Source of the DNA: an uncultured virus (IMG/VR IMGVR_UViG_3300037087_000757) | Lineage: Duplodnaviria > Heunggongvirae > Uroviricota > Caudoviricetes | Reading direction: 5' to 3' (one strand) | Length of the DNA: 20,000 nucleotides | Virus record (IMG/VR): IMGVR_UViG_3300037087_000757 | Shown here: one piece after another, positions 8,176-17,007 of the stretch | How the letters are laid out: the number at the start of each line of letters is the position of its first letter | How positions within the stretch are numbered: the stretch's first letter is position 1 | Translations under genes and position numbers: made by a program | The notes under the pieces: model-generated | The model's database searches: none | What the model was told of the DNA's origin: nothing | Seen by the model: only the letters and a program-made list of their open reading frames with translations

Positions 8176-8567
8176 ACCTTAATTTTATTATATCTTCTGT
8201 TTGTATACCATTTAATACTATCATCTGTATAACCAAGTAATTTTCCAATGTAATAAGCTTCTTCGGGTGTTTTATCTTCTACATATCCACCCTTAGTTTT
8301 CATGAAGTCATATAATTCATGAGCATCCTTAGTCCCTTCATCGTTGAAAATAATTGTCATCCCTACATCATGATTGGTTTGTTTTACTAAAATCGAATTC
8401 AATCCACATTCTTTTATTTTGTTTATACAATAAGGGTCATGAAATGTAGATATTAAACCAACATTTCTTTTCCCTTTGATAATTGTATCGATGGCCTTTT
8501 CAAAAGTATTAGTTTCAAATGGTGCATCAACTTCTTCGTTTATAAATTCATTAAATGATTTCACCAT
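8172..8567 (-). CDS. Hypothetical protein with capsid-targeting-like N-terminus, 131 aa
   Basis: Begins MVKSFNEFINEE; C-terminal IGKLLGY motif; starts 2 nt after the stop of the 885-aa gene. Confidence 0.8.
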   Translation of the reverse strand: MVKSFNEFINEEVDAPFETNTFEKAIDTIIKGKRNVGLISTFHDPYCINKIKECGLNSILVKQTNHDVGMTIIFNDEGTKDAHELYDFMKTKGGYVEDKTPEEAYYIGKLLGYTDDSIKWYTNRRYNKIKV

Positions 8568-8569
8568 GT

Positions 8570-11227
8570 TTAATATGGATTTTTTAATTCACTATTCAAA
8601 AATTCCTTAGTAACAAGATATCTATGGTTTATATCCGAAAAATCACTAGCATCAATTCTTGTTACAGATACTTTAAATCCTTTGTAATAGTGGATTTTTG
8701 GTGTTCCTTTTAATTTAATTTGTAATCCAGCTGTATTTAAGGATAAATGTAACTGGATACCAGTTAAACCAATTATGTAATATAATCCAGATAAATCTGC
8801 TAATTGTGTCGTACCTCCACTTTCAAAAAAGAAATCTTCTACATACACATAATCTCCCAAAAAGAATAAATTTTCTTTTATATCAATAAGTGTTGTCGTT
8901 CCTGTGGTTACTCTATCTACGAATGTTGTTAAAGAATAGTAGTAAGAATTATTGAAAACAGAATCAGGTGGTGATACTATATTATATTGACTAACATCCA
9001 CTGGAGTATCAATATTACCAAGTAATAGAGTTTCAACCTTTCCATTTGGTGACCCATCATAAAACATAATATTTAAATTCAATTTGTTTGAATATAAAGC
9101 AATATCAGGTCTTATAATAAAATCAACACTTTGTTTATACGCTAAATCGTTATCCAGAGCAACATTTAATGTGAGTCCAGAATATTGAACAGTTAAGTTA
9201 TTATATATGTTCACCAAGAATTTACCTGATGTTGGAACAGGCACCATGTAGGAAACCGTTACTCCACTTTGAGTTTGTTTAGCGATGTTATATTGAGCGA
9301 TGTCGGATGTCTTATAATTATCAATTTCAATATAGTCTACAAGTTGAGCATTGAAAGATAAAGCCGGATAGTTTTTTGTGTAATCAATTTTCAATTTAAC
9401 TGTATCAGAATCCACAAATTGATTGGTTTGATACATTTTAAGAAGATCTGTCATATTGTTTAATCTATTCTTTATATCATTGATGTCCGTCTGAGAATAA
9501 AGTAAACTTTTGAGTTTAACAATCTCTTGGTTTATATTTATAAATTCAGATTGTATATTAGTGTATTGTTCTGTCAATCTAACATAATTGTTCATGACAT
9601 TGTTATACAAATCAAAACTAAAAGCGTTAAAGGTACTCGTTGGATCAAATCTCAAAGGTAACATATCATTATCAACTTTGAAGATAAGATTAAGATTAAA
9701 AATATAACTAAAACCATCTTGATTTTCAGTAGTTACAAGTTTTCTGGTTGTGGTAATTGCTCTATCATTGTCATTACCGAAATCATTATCTGGATTATCC
9801 AAAAATTGAATACCGTATATGTTTGTAAATGTTTCATTGGTCGTATTATTTGTTACGGTATAATACCATAAAATAGCATTGAATTCAAAATCTGTTGGAG
9901 GATTACCATCTAATGAAAGTCCATCGAAATCATCAAAATTATTAACTGATTTCCCAGCTTGTTGAGATTTGTAATAATGTTTGATATTAAAATCAAGTCC
10001 TAAACCATCAATATTATCACTTTGGAATTCTTCCAGATTCTCTATATAATCATCCGCGGCCAATCCTACATTATTCACTCTTAAAACACCGAAGTAATCT
10101 CCACTATAACGAACTGGATCTCCTGTACTTGTTTTATATGTTTTATCAAAAGTATCGAAATATCCGAAGTATGATCCGGGATAATCTGAAGGATTAGTAC
10201 GAATAGGTGAACTTAAATTTTCAGAACCTATAATTTCATCCTGAATTTGTTCATCCAATATAGGGATTTCTAAGCCGGGATAGAAATTTGAATTACTATT
10301 TATTCTAAATAAAATAGAAGGTGTATGACCAGCATATGCTGGAATTAAGGCTGAAAACTCCGTGAAATTTTCTTGTTGTGCCTTTTCTTTACTGGTGTAT
10401 TGTATTTCACCTATGTATTGAATTAAGTTATGATATTGTAAATAACAAATTCCTGAATATGTATTTCCATCAGTCCAAGATAAATCCAAAGTAATTGTAG
10501 TTGATGGTACATTATAATCAAATAAAATATCAGTAACGATATGAGTTGATCCTGTTAAGGCTCCATCTAAAACTGTTGTTCCTGTCGTGATATAAATAAC
10601 ATCTCCGATTTTAAATTTTGCTATCTGTCCGACTGTCAATTCAGCGTTTGATCCGTCCGTATTAATTTGACAAGAATAATTTCTCACTTCTCTTTCTTTC
10701 CAAAGATATCTACGAAAATAATCTTGATTCGTAACAGTAGAAGCGTTTGTATTTTCAAAATCTGGTAAATTTTTATCCCAATCAATTTTATGTTCGGCTG
10801 GTTCTAAATCAATGATATTGTTCTTTTTACACCATTTCCACAACACCATTTCAGCTGGGGTTGTAAATTCTTTTGCATTATAAAAATCCTTATTTGTTGA
10901 TATTCTAGCGTTTCTAAATTCAGCATCATGATTGGCCACATAGTTCCTGAGGGATTCCACAAGTTGTTCCGAATATTTAACTGGATAAGATGAATTTGGG
11001 TCAAAATTATACATATTTATTCCATTTGTAGGATCTAAAACATCTTGTTTAGACAAATTCAAAACTTTTCCTGAACTCACTGGAATGTTGAGTAATACAA
11101 ATTTTGACATATGCATATCAACTTCTGATTGTGAAAGATATGTATTGAAATCGCTTGATGAACTTGGAAAGGCGTAGAATGTTGTACCTTTCGATCTCAT
11201 TCGCTTATATAACGGACATGAAGCCAT
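8570..11227 (-). CDS. Large putative virion structural protein, 885 aa
   Basis: Long ORF co-oriented with the baseplate gene; Asn/Asp/Thr/Tyr-rich, beta-rich appearance with a central coiled-coil segment (EQYTNIQSEFININQEIVKLKS...). The structural role is inferred from context. Confidence 0.6.
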   Translation of the reverse strand: MASCPLYKRMRSKGTTFYAFPSSSSDFNTYLSQSEVDMHMSKFVLLNIPVSSGKVLNLSKQDVLDPTNGINMYNFDPNSSYPVKYSEQLVESLRNYVANHDAEFRNARISTNKDFYNAKEFTTPAEMVLWKWCKKNNIIDLEPAEHKIDWDKNLPDFENTNASTVTNQDYFRRYLWKEREVRNYSCQINTDGSNAELTVGQIAKFKIGDVIYITTGTTVLDGALTGSTHIVTDILFDYNVPSTTITLDLSWTDGNTYSGICYLQYHNLIQYIGEIQYTSKEKAQQENFTEFSALIPAYAGHTPSILFRINSNSNFYPGLEIPILDEQIQDEIIGSENLSSPIRTNPSDYPGSYFGYFDTFDKTYKTSTGDPVRYSGDYFGVLRVNNVGLAADDYIENLEEFQSDNIDGLGLDFNIKHYYKSQQAGKSVNNFDDFDGLSLDGNPPTDFEFNAILWYYTVTNNTTNETFTNIYGIQFLDNPDNDFGNDNDRAITTTRKLVTTENQDGFSYIFNLNLIFKVDNDMLPLRFDPTSTFNAFSFDLYNNVMNNYVRLTEQYTNIQSEFININQEIVKLKSLLYSQTDINDIKNRLNNMTDLLKMYQTNQFVDSDTVKLKIDYTKNYPALSFNAQLVDYIEIDNYKTSDIAQYNIAKQTQSGVTVSYMVPVPTSGKFLVNIYNNLTVQYSGLTLNVALDNDLAYKQSVDFIIRPDIALYSNKLNLNIMFYDGSPNGKVETLLLGNIDTPVDVSQYNIVSPPDSVFNNSYYYSLTTFVDRVTTGTTTLIDIKENLFFLGDYVYVEDFFFESGGTTQLADLSGLYYIIGLTGIQLHLSLNTAGLQIKLKGTPKIHYYKGFKVSVTRIDASDFSDINHRYLVTKEFLNSELKNPY

Positions 11228-11247
11228 ATTAATGATAGTTTTTTCTT

Positions 11248-11257
11248 TATATATTAA
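11248..11257 (-). promoter_or_regulatory. Putative late promoter TTAATATATA
   Basis: Exact motif 21 nt upstream of the ATG at 11227. Confidence 0.55.
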
Positions 11258-11275
11258 AAGTGAGATAGTGTAAAT

Positions 11276-11313
11276 AAAATTTTTTTATCTCACTGAAATA
11301 TCGTAATTTTGTA
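11276..11313 (+). promoter_or_regulatory. Bacteroidota-type (early) promoter, copy 2
   Basis: AAAATTTTTTTATCTCA-N11-TAATTTTGTA; first 17 bp identical to copy 1; TAnnTTTG at 11304-11311; ATG at 11331. Confidence 0.75.
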
Positions 11314-11330
11314 ATTCTAATAAGATTAAT

Positions 11331-11507
11331 ATGTCAACGAGAAGTAAAAAAGAATATCCCTTTAAAGTTATAACTGTTATTCCTAAGGTCTTAAGCAAGA
11401 AAAAGGATGTTATCAGAACCAGTTATTACAAAACAAGAGAACTGGCCCAGAAAGATGTGGACGCTTGGCATGAAGCTGGTTTTTCAAGTAAAATTTATGA
11501 TCGATAA
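11331..11507 (+). CDS. Small basic hypothetical protein, 58 aa (not in ORF track)
   Basis: Manually translated as MSTRSKKEYPFKVITVIPK...EAGFSSKIYDR*; first gene after promoter copy 2. Confidence 0.7.
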   Translation: MSTRSKKEYPFKVITVIPKVLSKKKDVIRTSYYKTRELAQKDVDAWHEAGFSSKIYDR

Positions 11508-11519
11508 AAAAGGAAAAAA

Positions 11520-11741
11520 ATGAAAGTACATGAAGTAATGACCGAACTCTCGAAGCAAGACCCGAACGCTGAAGCCTATTATGACAATCGCTATGAGGCC
11601 ATTCCTATTACAAATGTGGAATCTTTACCACTAAATATACCAAAAAGGAAAGGGAGTGCTCGTTTTTATCCTTTTGGAAGTGGAGTAAAAAAGTGTAAAT
11701 CAAAAGGTGTCGTAATATTCAATCAGAAACATAAAGAATAA
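11520..11741 (+). CDS. Hypothetical protein, 73 aa
   Basis: MKVxExxxxLxxxDPNAE start is typical of small phage proteins; operon packing. Confidence 0.7.
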   Translation: MKVHEVMTELSKQDPNAEAYYDNRYEAIPITNVESLPLNIPKRKGSARFYPFGSGVKKCKSKGVVIFNQKHKE

Positions 11742-11753
11742 AAATACATTATT

Positions 11754-12023
11754 ATGAAAAAGAAAATTATTGTATTTCACGGTAATCAACCATGTATCGA
11801 AACTAAGTACGATGAAGTCCAAAAAGTAGATTTTGGATTAAACAGGAATAGACAACCTGATGGAGAGTGGGGTGAATTTCGTTGGACAAGACTTGATAAA
11901 AAGTACTACAAAGAAGTTCCATTGACTCCCAAACTCAGGAAAATTCTCACTGAAGATATCTGTGAATATTACAAGGGTAAAGAAGCTTATGAAAAACTAA
12001 CCTCATTTGGTTTATTGAAATAA
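11754..12023 (+). CDS. Hypothetical protein, 89 aa
   Basis: ORF track; operon packing. Confidence 0.7.
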   Translation: MKKKIIVFHGNQPCIETKYDEVQKVDFGLNRNRQPDGEWGEFRWTRLDKKYYKEVPLTPKLRKILTEDICEYYKGKEAYEKLTSFGLLK

Positions 12024-12032
12024 GACCGATTT

Positions 12033-12401
12033 ATGAGATACAGATTATTTTTCGCCAATAGTGTAAATACTACATACACACCAGAATATTACCAGACTTC
12101 CGATTTTTTTGGTCCGTATTATTTGAATATGTTGAAATATGTAAATGAGAAATTACACGACAAGTCGAAAAAACTTTATTTTTGCTTTATATATGATGAA
12201 CAAAATAAACTAATTCATTCATTTAAAAGAGGTAAATCAATTCAAAAAATAATTGATAGAATAGAAAAACAAAAAGAGATTAAACGTTTGTTGTCCATCC
12301 CATTCGAACAAAGAACTCAGAAAGATAGTGATTTAGTAAAAAAATTGGTTTATGAAACTCGAAGCAGGTCTATTAGACCGATTAACCGATCTAACCAATA
12401 G
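12033..12401 (+). CDS. Hypothetical protein, 122 aa
   Basis: ORF track; operon packing. Confidence 0.7.
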   Translation: MRYRLFFANSVNTTYTPEYYQTSDFFGPYYLNMLKYVNEKLHDKSKKLYFCFIYDEQNKLIHSFKRGKSIQKIIDRIEKQKEIKRLLSIPFEQRTQKDSDLVKKLVYETRSRSIRPINRSNQ

Positions 12402-12900
12402 GTCAAAACACCAAACACAACAATTATTCGAGTTGTGTGGTAGTGATTTTGGTAAATTACTGGAGGTGGAACGGAAATTGAAAAACAATTTCGTTTTTTG
12501 GGTGCCGGGAGATAAAGAGGCTCTGGATTATGTTTTGGGTCTCGGTGAGGGTTCTGGATGGTTTAAACTTACTTGGATGATGTGTGAACCAATGTGTCGT
12601 TTTAAGGAAATCCCTCAACTAACTGGTTTAATTTATACAGAACTTGAAGAAAATCGTTGTCGTTCTTGTTGGCATTTGAAATATAAAGCACAATGGGGAA
12701 TTCATTGGAACGATGAGGATTTAAATAAATGGATTCACCTGATCCTTAACTTTCATCTTTTTTCCTTACATAATAATGGTGGACTTCCCTATCATTGGAT
12801 GGATAAAGATTTATTTGAAATAGCTCGTCCATGTTATAATGATAATGATGAATTGTTGTGGGATTGGGATTTTACATTAAATAAACCAATAGAATTATGA
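12352..12900 (+). CDS. Hypothetical Trp-rich protein, 182 aa
   Basis: ORF track; ATGA overlap with the downstream ATPase. Confidence 0.7.
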   Translation: MKLEAGLLDRLTDLTNRSKHQTQQLFELCGSDFGKLLEVERKLKNNFVFWVPGDKEALDYVLGLGEGSGWFKLTWMMCEPMCRFKEIPQLTGLIYTELEENRCRSCWHLKYKAQWGIHWNDEDLNKWIHLILNFHLFSLHNNGGLPYHWMDKDLFEIARPCYNDNDELLWDWDFTLNKPIEL

Positions 12901-13706
12901 TAAAATCAGTTACTTTACTTAAAGGTCAAAAGACATTCACCAATAAATTATATCATCACAAAAATACTGATGTCACATTTAATTTTGTGGATGGTATTAA
13001 TGTCATTACTGGAAGAAACGGTTCTGGTAAGAGTGTCTTGTTGAAAATTATCAAAACTAATTGTGGGATCGAAGATAATTCATATCCCAGAATGTTCAGT
13101 CCTATGGATCTGACGGAAGGATTTTTTCTTGATAAAAAACTGACAATTCAAGAAGTAATTGCAAAAAAATTAGAAAATTCAGAATTACCCAATTCAAAAA
13201 TAGAATGGGACGGATCAATGGTACATTATTTAACTCCTGATTTTTTTGATCCCGATGATATGTTTAGTAGGATGGATAGTCCATTACCAAGAGGTAAGGA
13301 ATTGTTCTCTTTTGGTGATGTAGTGATGAATATGGTTAATAAAAATAAAAATTCAAAGGGTGAAAGTTGTATTCAACTTTTGAATAAAATTTATGAACTT
13401 CATACGGATTATGATCCGCCTTTAAAAAATGTTAATGAGGTTTGGATGGAAGCTAGTAATACTTTTCAGGAATGGATTGGTAGTTTTTCTAATGAGGGTG
13501 GTAAACCTACTCTTTTAATTGATGAACTTGATTCTCATTTGGATTTGGACAATCAAAAAACATATTGGGATTACATCAATTTATTAACTAAAAAGTGGCA
13601 AGTTATTGTGGTTAGCCATTCAATCTTTTCATTTAAACTGGATAATGTTAATCATATTCCTTTGAATAAAGAATATTTCAATAATGTTAGGAAGTTATTG
13701 AAATGA
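12897..13706 (+). CDS. ABC-superfamily ATPase (AAA_21/SMC-like head, no membrane domain)
   Basis: GINVITGRNGSGKS (Walker A), SKGE (signature), LLIDELDSHLD (Walker B/D-loop), VIVVSH (H-loop). Confidence 0.9.
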   Translation: MIKSVTLLKGQKTFTNKLYHHKNTDVTFNFVDGINVITGRNGSGKSVLLKIIKTNCGIEDNSYPRMFSPMDLTEGFFLDKKLTIQEVIAKKLENSELPNSKIEWDGSMVHYLTPDFFDPDDMFSRMDSPLPRGKELFSFGDVVMNMVNKNKNSKGESCIQLLNKIYELHTDYDPPLKNVNEVWMEASNTFQEWIGSFSNEGGKPTLLIDELDSHLDLDNQKTYWDYINLLTKKWQVIVVSHSIFSFKLDNVNHIPLNKEYFNNVRKLLK

Positions 13707-13709
13707 ATC

Positions 13710-14000
13710 TTACCAATGAAAAGCATCCAAAGAAGTAATACTTTCTTCGCTTTTCGGTAATGACCAATCCCCATTTGAATGTTGACTATATCCTCTTTGT
13801 TGTTTTAATGTGAAAACGGTAATAGAATACCCATTGACATCACAAACATCATAGGGTTCTTTCCAATCAAACCATTTTTCTTTTCTGAAATTCGTTGGAA
13901 TTAGATTACCAGTTGCTTTTTTCCTACAACAATTTCCTTCACTTAATATATGATTTGGTCCACTTCCATGACCACATGAACAATATAAAGTTTCTTCCAT
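13710..14000 (-). CDS. Hypothetical protein with N-terminal Cys/His cluster, 96 aa
   Basis: CSCGH....H.....CC pattern; ORF track. Confidence 0.7.
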   Translation of the reverse strand: MEETLYCSCGHGSGPNHILSEGNCCRKKATGNLIPTNFRKEKWFDWKEPYDVCDVNGYSITVFTLKQQRGYSQHSNGDWSLPKSEESITSLDAFHW

Positions 14001-14013
14001 AATATAATATTAT

Positions 14014-14418
14014 TTATTTTGATAAATCTTTAATTCCCAATTCATCCCCAATATCTTCCAAAGGTGAAGATTCCTCATCATCTTCCTCATCTTTTTCTGG
14101 GATCTGTTCCATGATTTCATCTATTGGTTCAGAATGTTCTTCACCGCCGAACAAATAATTTTCAAAATCTTGTTCATCATCGAATTCAAATTCATCATTT
14201 TCACATTTCGCATATGGTAATAATGTTTCATCATTTAACATTTCTTCGATCACTTCGAAGTTGTCCATTTTGGCGAATTCTTGAAGTTTCTGAATGAATA
14301 TGTCATATTCATCATCCTCATCTCTGAAACTAAGGATGTATTCTTTTATTTCTTTTTCATCTCCTTTTTCGAAAAGATAATTCAGAACATGGATGTAGGA
14401 TTTTTCATTTGTCATCAT
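14014..14418 (-). CDS. Highly acidic hypothetical protein, 134 aa
   Basis: About 35% Asp+Glu by manual count; preceded by CAATATATA (14438-14446, minus strand). Confidence 0.75.
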   Translation of the reverse strand: MMTNEKSYIHVLNYLFEKGDEKEIKEYILSFRDEDDEYDIFIQKLQEFAKMDNFEVIEEMLNDETLLPYAKCENDEFEFDDEQDFENYLFGGEEHSEPIDEIMEQIPEKDEEDDEESSPLEDIGDELGIKDLSK

Positions 14419-14522
14419 TTTTTTATTCCTTTCTTATTATATATTGTCTTTTCCATTCGTAGTTTTAAAAATAAAGAACATATTTTTATTAAATATGTTT
14501 TGTATAAAACAGGTTTTGATAT

Positions 14523-14532
14523 TTAATATATA
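14523..14532 (+). promoter_or_regulatory. Putative late promoter TTAATATATA
   Basis: Exact motif 21 nt upstream of the ATG at 14553. Confidence 0.5.
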
Positions 14533-14552
14533 TCTATAAAATAATAATTGTT

Positions 14553-15536
14553 ATGAAATGGAAAGAAGAAGAAATTCAATTTTTAAAAAATAATTTTAAT
14601 AAATATTCAGATACGAAATTATCTAAATTTTTAAATAAAACGAGAGGGTCTGTAATATCCAAAAGAAATAATTTATTTTTAATAAAAGATAAAGCTATTA
14701 AAAAAGAAGTAAAATGTTTAAATTGTGATGAAATTTATGTGGTTTATGAAAGTAGTAATTCTAAATTTTGTTCAAGAAAATGTAGGGGTGAATATTCTAA
14801 AAAAACCAGTGGTTCTATAAGAAAATGTATTGTTTGTCAAAATGATTTTTATGCCAAAGGAAATCCAAAAGATAGGCATATTTGTTCCAGAAAATGTAGA
14901 GATGAACTTAAAAAAAGTGGAAAAATAATCAAATGTAAAAACTGTGGAAAAGAAGTTTATAAGGATTTGGGAGCTATAAAAAGAAGTAAAAATCTATTTT
15001 GTGGAGTCGAATGTGCCAACCAATTTCAAAAATGTGAGAAAATTAAATTTGTTTGTGAATTATGTAATAAAGAATTTGAGAAATATCCATCAGAAATTAA
15101 AATAGCAAAATCCTTAGGTAAAAAAATAAGATTTTGTTCTATTAAATGTAGGGATAATGATCCAAGAAGATTCGAAAGGTTAATAAGAATGAATCTATCT
15201 CAAAATAAAAATAAAGAACCCAATAAATTAGAAAAAAGAGGTAAGGAGTTATTACTAAATATAACATCAGATTTTATTGAACAACATTTAATAAATGATA
15301 GAATATGTGTCGATGTTTATATTCCCAAATCAAATTTAATTATCGAATGGTGGGGTGATTATTGGCATGGATATAATGAAATAGAACCAGAAAAAAGACA
15401 AAAAAGAAGAATGAATTTGGATATATCGCAAAGAAAATATTTAGAAAAATGTGGATATAAAGTGTTGAGTTTTTGGGAACACGAAGTTTATAAAGAGCCA
15501 GATAAAGTGATAGAAAAAATTAGTTACAATTTGTAA
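14553..15536 (+). CDS. Putative free-standing homing endonuclease: HTH + four zinc-ribbon repeats + Vsr/DUF559-like nuclease domain
   Basis: N-terminal WKEEEIQFL...LSKFLNKTRGSV HTH; four CxxC...[FI]C[SG]xxC repeats; C-terminal EQ...VDVYI....IIEWWGDYWHG...D.......GYKVLSFWE. Confidence 0.8.
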   Translation: MKWKEEEIQFLKNNFNKYSDTKLSKFLNKTRGSVISKRNNLFLIKDKAIKKEVKCLNCDEIYVVYESSNSKFCSRKCRGEYSKKTSGSIRKCIVCQNDFYAKGNPKDRHICSRKCRDELKKSGKIIKCKNCGKEVYKDLGAIKRSKNLFCGVECANQFQKCEKIKFVCELCNKEFEKYPSEIKIAKSLGKKIRFCSIKCRDNDPRRFERLIRMNLSQNKNKEPNKLEKRGKELLLNITSDFIEQHLINDRICVDVYIPKSNLIIEWWGDYWHGYNEIEPEKRQKRRMNLDISQRKYLEKCGYKVLSFWEHEVYKEPDKVIEKISYNL

Positions 15537-16258
15537 TTTTCAATTCTTTTTTTTGCCGTCTCATAACTTTTTAAATCATTCTCTATTAGAATGAAATTTC
15601 TTTTTAGATTAATACATGCTATTCCAGTAGTGCCGCTTCCGGCACAATTATCTAAAATTAGTTCACCTTCATTACTATATGTTTTAATTAAATATTCCAT
15701 TAATTTTACTGGTTTCTGTGTACTATGTAATCCTACTTCAGTATTGAATTTCTGGTGAGAACTTGGAACTCTCAATAATTTTCCCTTACTATCACTTGGT
15801 TTGGTAAATTTATTATAATTTGGTGTTTTTGTCACATGATTAAAATCATATTTCACTCTGGATTTCCCTGTACCGGTTCTCTCTTGCATCTGTTTATTGT
15901 AAGTCCAGTTACCATTACTGAAAATTAAAACCTGTTCATGCTCTTTGAATGGTTCACGAACAGTATTAGCGAAATTACTTCCACGATTCTTAATCCAGAT
16001 CCATTCATGTTTATACATTTCAAGATTACTCATTACTAAGAGGCTGGAGAAAGGCTGAGAGGCCGTTAGAGCGATTACCCCATTTGGTTTAATTAATCGT
16101 TTATACTCAGGCCAAAGTCGTTCCAGAGGTATCTTGATATCCCATTTATTTTGGGTGAGTTCATAAGGTAAATCTGCCAGTACCATATCGAAAATATGAT
16201 CTGGAAATATTGGCATTATATCCAAGGAATCACCGAAATATAATTTATTCAATTCCAT
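15524..16258 (-). CDS. DNA methyltransferase, N6-adenine/N4-cytosine, beta class
   Basis: GDSLDIM, DMVLADLPY (motif IV), HSTQKPVKLMEYLI, LILDNCAGSGTTG (motif I), RNFILIE. Confidence 0.93.
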   Translation of the reverse strand: MELNKLYFGDSLDIMPIFPDHIFDMVLADLPYELTQNKWDIKIPLERLWPEYKRLIKPNGVIALTASQPFSSLLVMSNLEMYKHEWIWIKNRGSNFANTVREPFKEHEQVLIFSNGNWTYNKQMQERTGTGKSRVKYDFNHVTKTPNYNKFTKPSDSKGKLLRVPSSHQKFNTEVGLHSTQKPVKLMEYLIKTYSNEGELILDNCAGSGTTGIACINLKRNFILIENDLKSYETAKKRIENYKL

Positions 16259-16628
16259 GATCCTTCAATTCCTTTAATTCCCTTTCAATAAATTCTCTGG
16301 TGGGTTCATCCATTGGACTTTCTAATAGTTTAAAAAATCCATTTTTAATACAATTAATGACCCATTTTGCCCCTCTTATAAATCCTTCTCGTTCTTCAAC
16401 CTGAGAGGCACCACAAATCCAACTTTCACTTTGTATATCTTCATCGGTGGGTAATTTAGTTTCCTCTAACCAATACTCAATTGGGTGATTATCTTCTAAC
16501 AATGGCATATTCCAATTTTCACCGAATCTTTTATAAGTTATTCCATTACCTTTGGAATCAATTGTCACAACATTTTTTCCTTCCTCTGGAAGTTTATCTT
16601 TAATTGATACTTTTTTAAATATATTCAT
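16245..16628 (-). CDS. Hypothetical protein, DUF551-like N-terminus
   Basis: VSIKDKLPEEGKNV...IEYWLE pattern, followed by GFIRGAKW. Confidence 0.65.
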   Translation of the reverse strand: MNIFKKVSIKDKLPEEGKNVVTIDSKGNGITYKRFGENWNMPLLEDNHPIEYWLEETKLPTDEDIQSESWICGASQVEEREGFIRGAKWVINCIKNGFFKLLESPMDEPTREFIERELKELKDHGIE

Positions 16629-16640
16629 ATTCGTTCATGA

Positions 16641-16989
16641 TTATTTTAATAAATATTCAGAAATTTTTGTTTTTAATTTCTCTTTATGTTGTTCTAAATC
16701 TTCAAATGATTTAATTGGATATTCATCCCTATTGATAGATGTAATATCATCAACCAATAAATCAACAAAAGGAGTAAAATCTGTAATTCTACAAGTTTGT
16801 CCGAAGAATAATTGTTTTTCAATTGGGGATTGATGACTATTTTCATATTCAATTCACATCTTCAATTTGACCATCGGGAGTATTATCACGATGATTGGTC
16901 GGTGGTGACCAGTTAAAATATATTCGGTCTTTGTTGAATACATTACTGGCTTTTGAACAAAATTTCATCATTGTTTCTATATTTTTCAT
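16641..16989 (-). pseudogene. ORF split by an apparent +1 frameshift (46 aa + 70 aa)
   Basis: 16989..16849 reads MKNIETMMKF...QIEDVN*. An ATG-less 70-codon frame 16853..16641 (IEYENSHQSP...ISEYLLK*) begins at the same point in the +1 frame. Confidence 0.5.
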
Positions 16990-17007
16990 ATATCTTTTTA
17001 TTATTTT

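Noticed and set aside
14553..16258. Classical type II restriction-modification system
   Set aside because: The nuclease architecture (HTH + Zn repeats + Vsr-like domain) fits phage homing endonucleases, and orphan beta-class MTases are common in phages.
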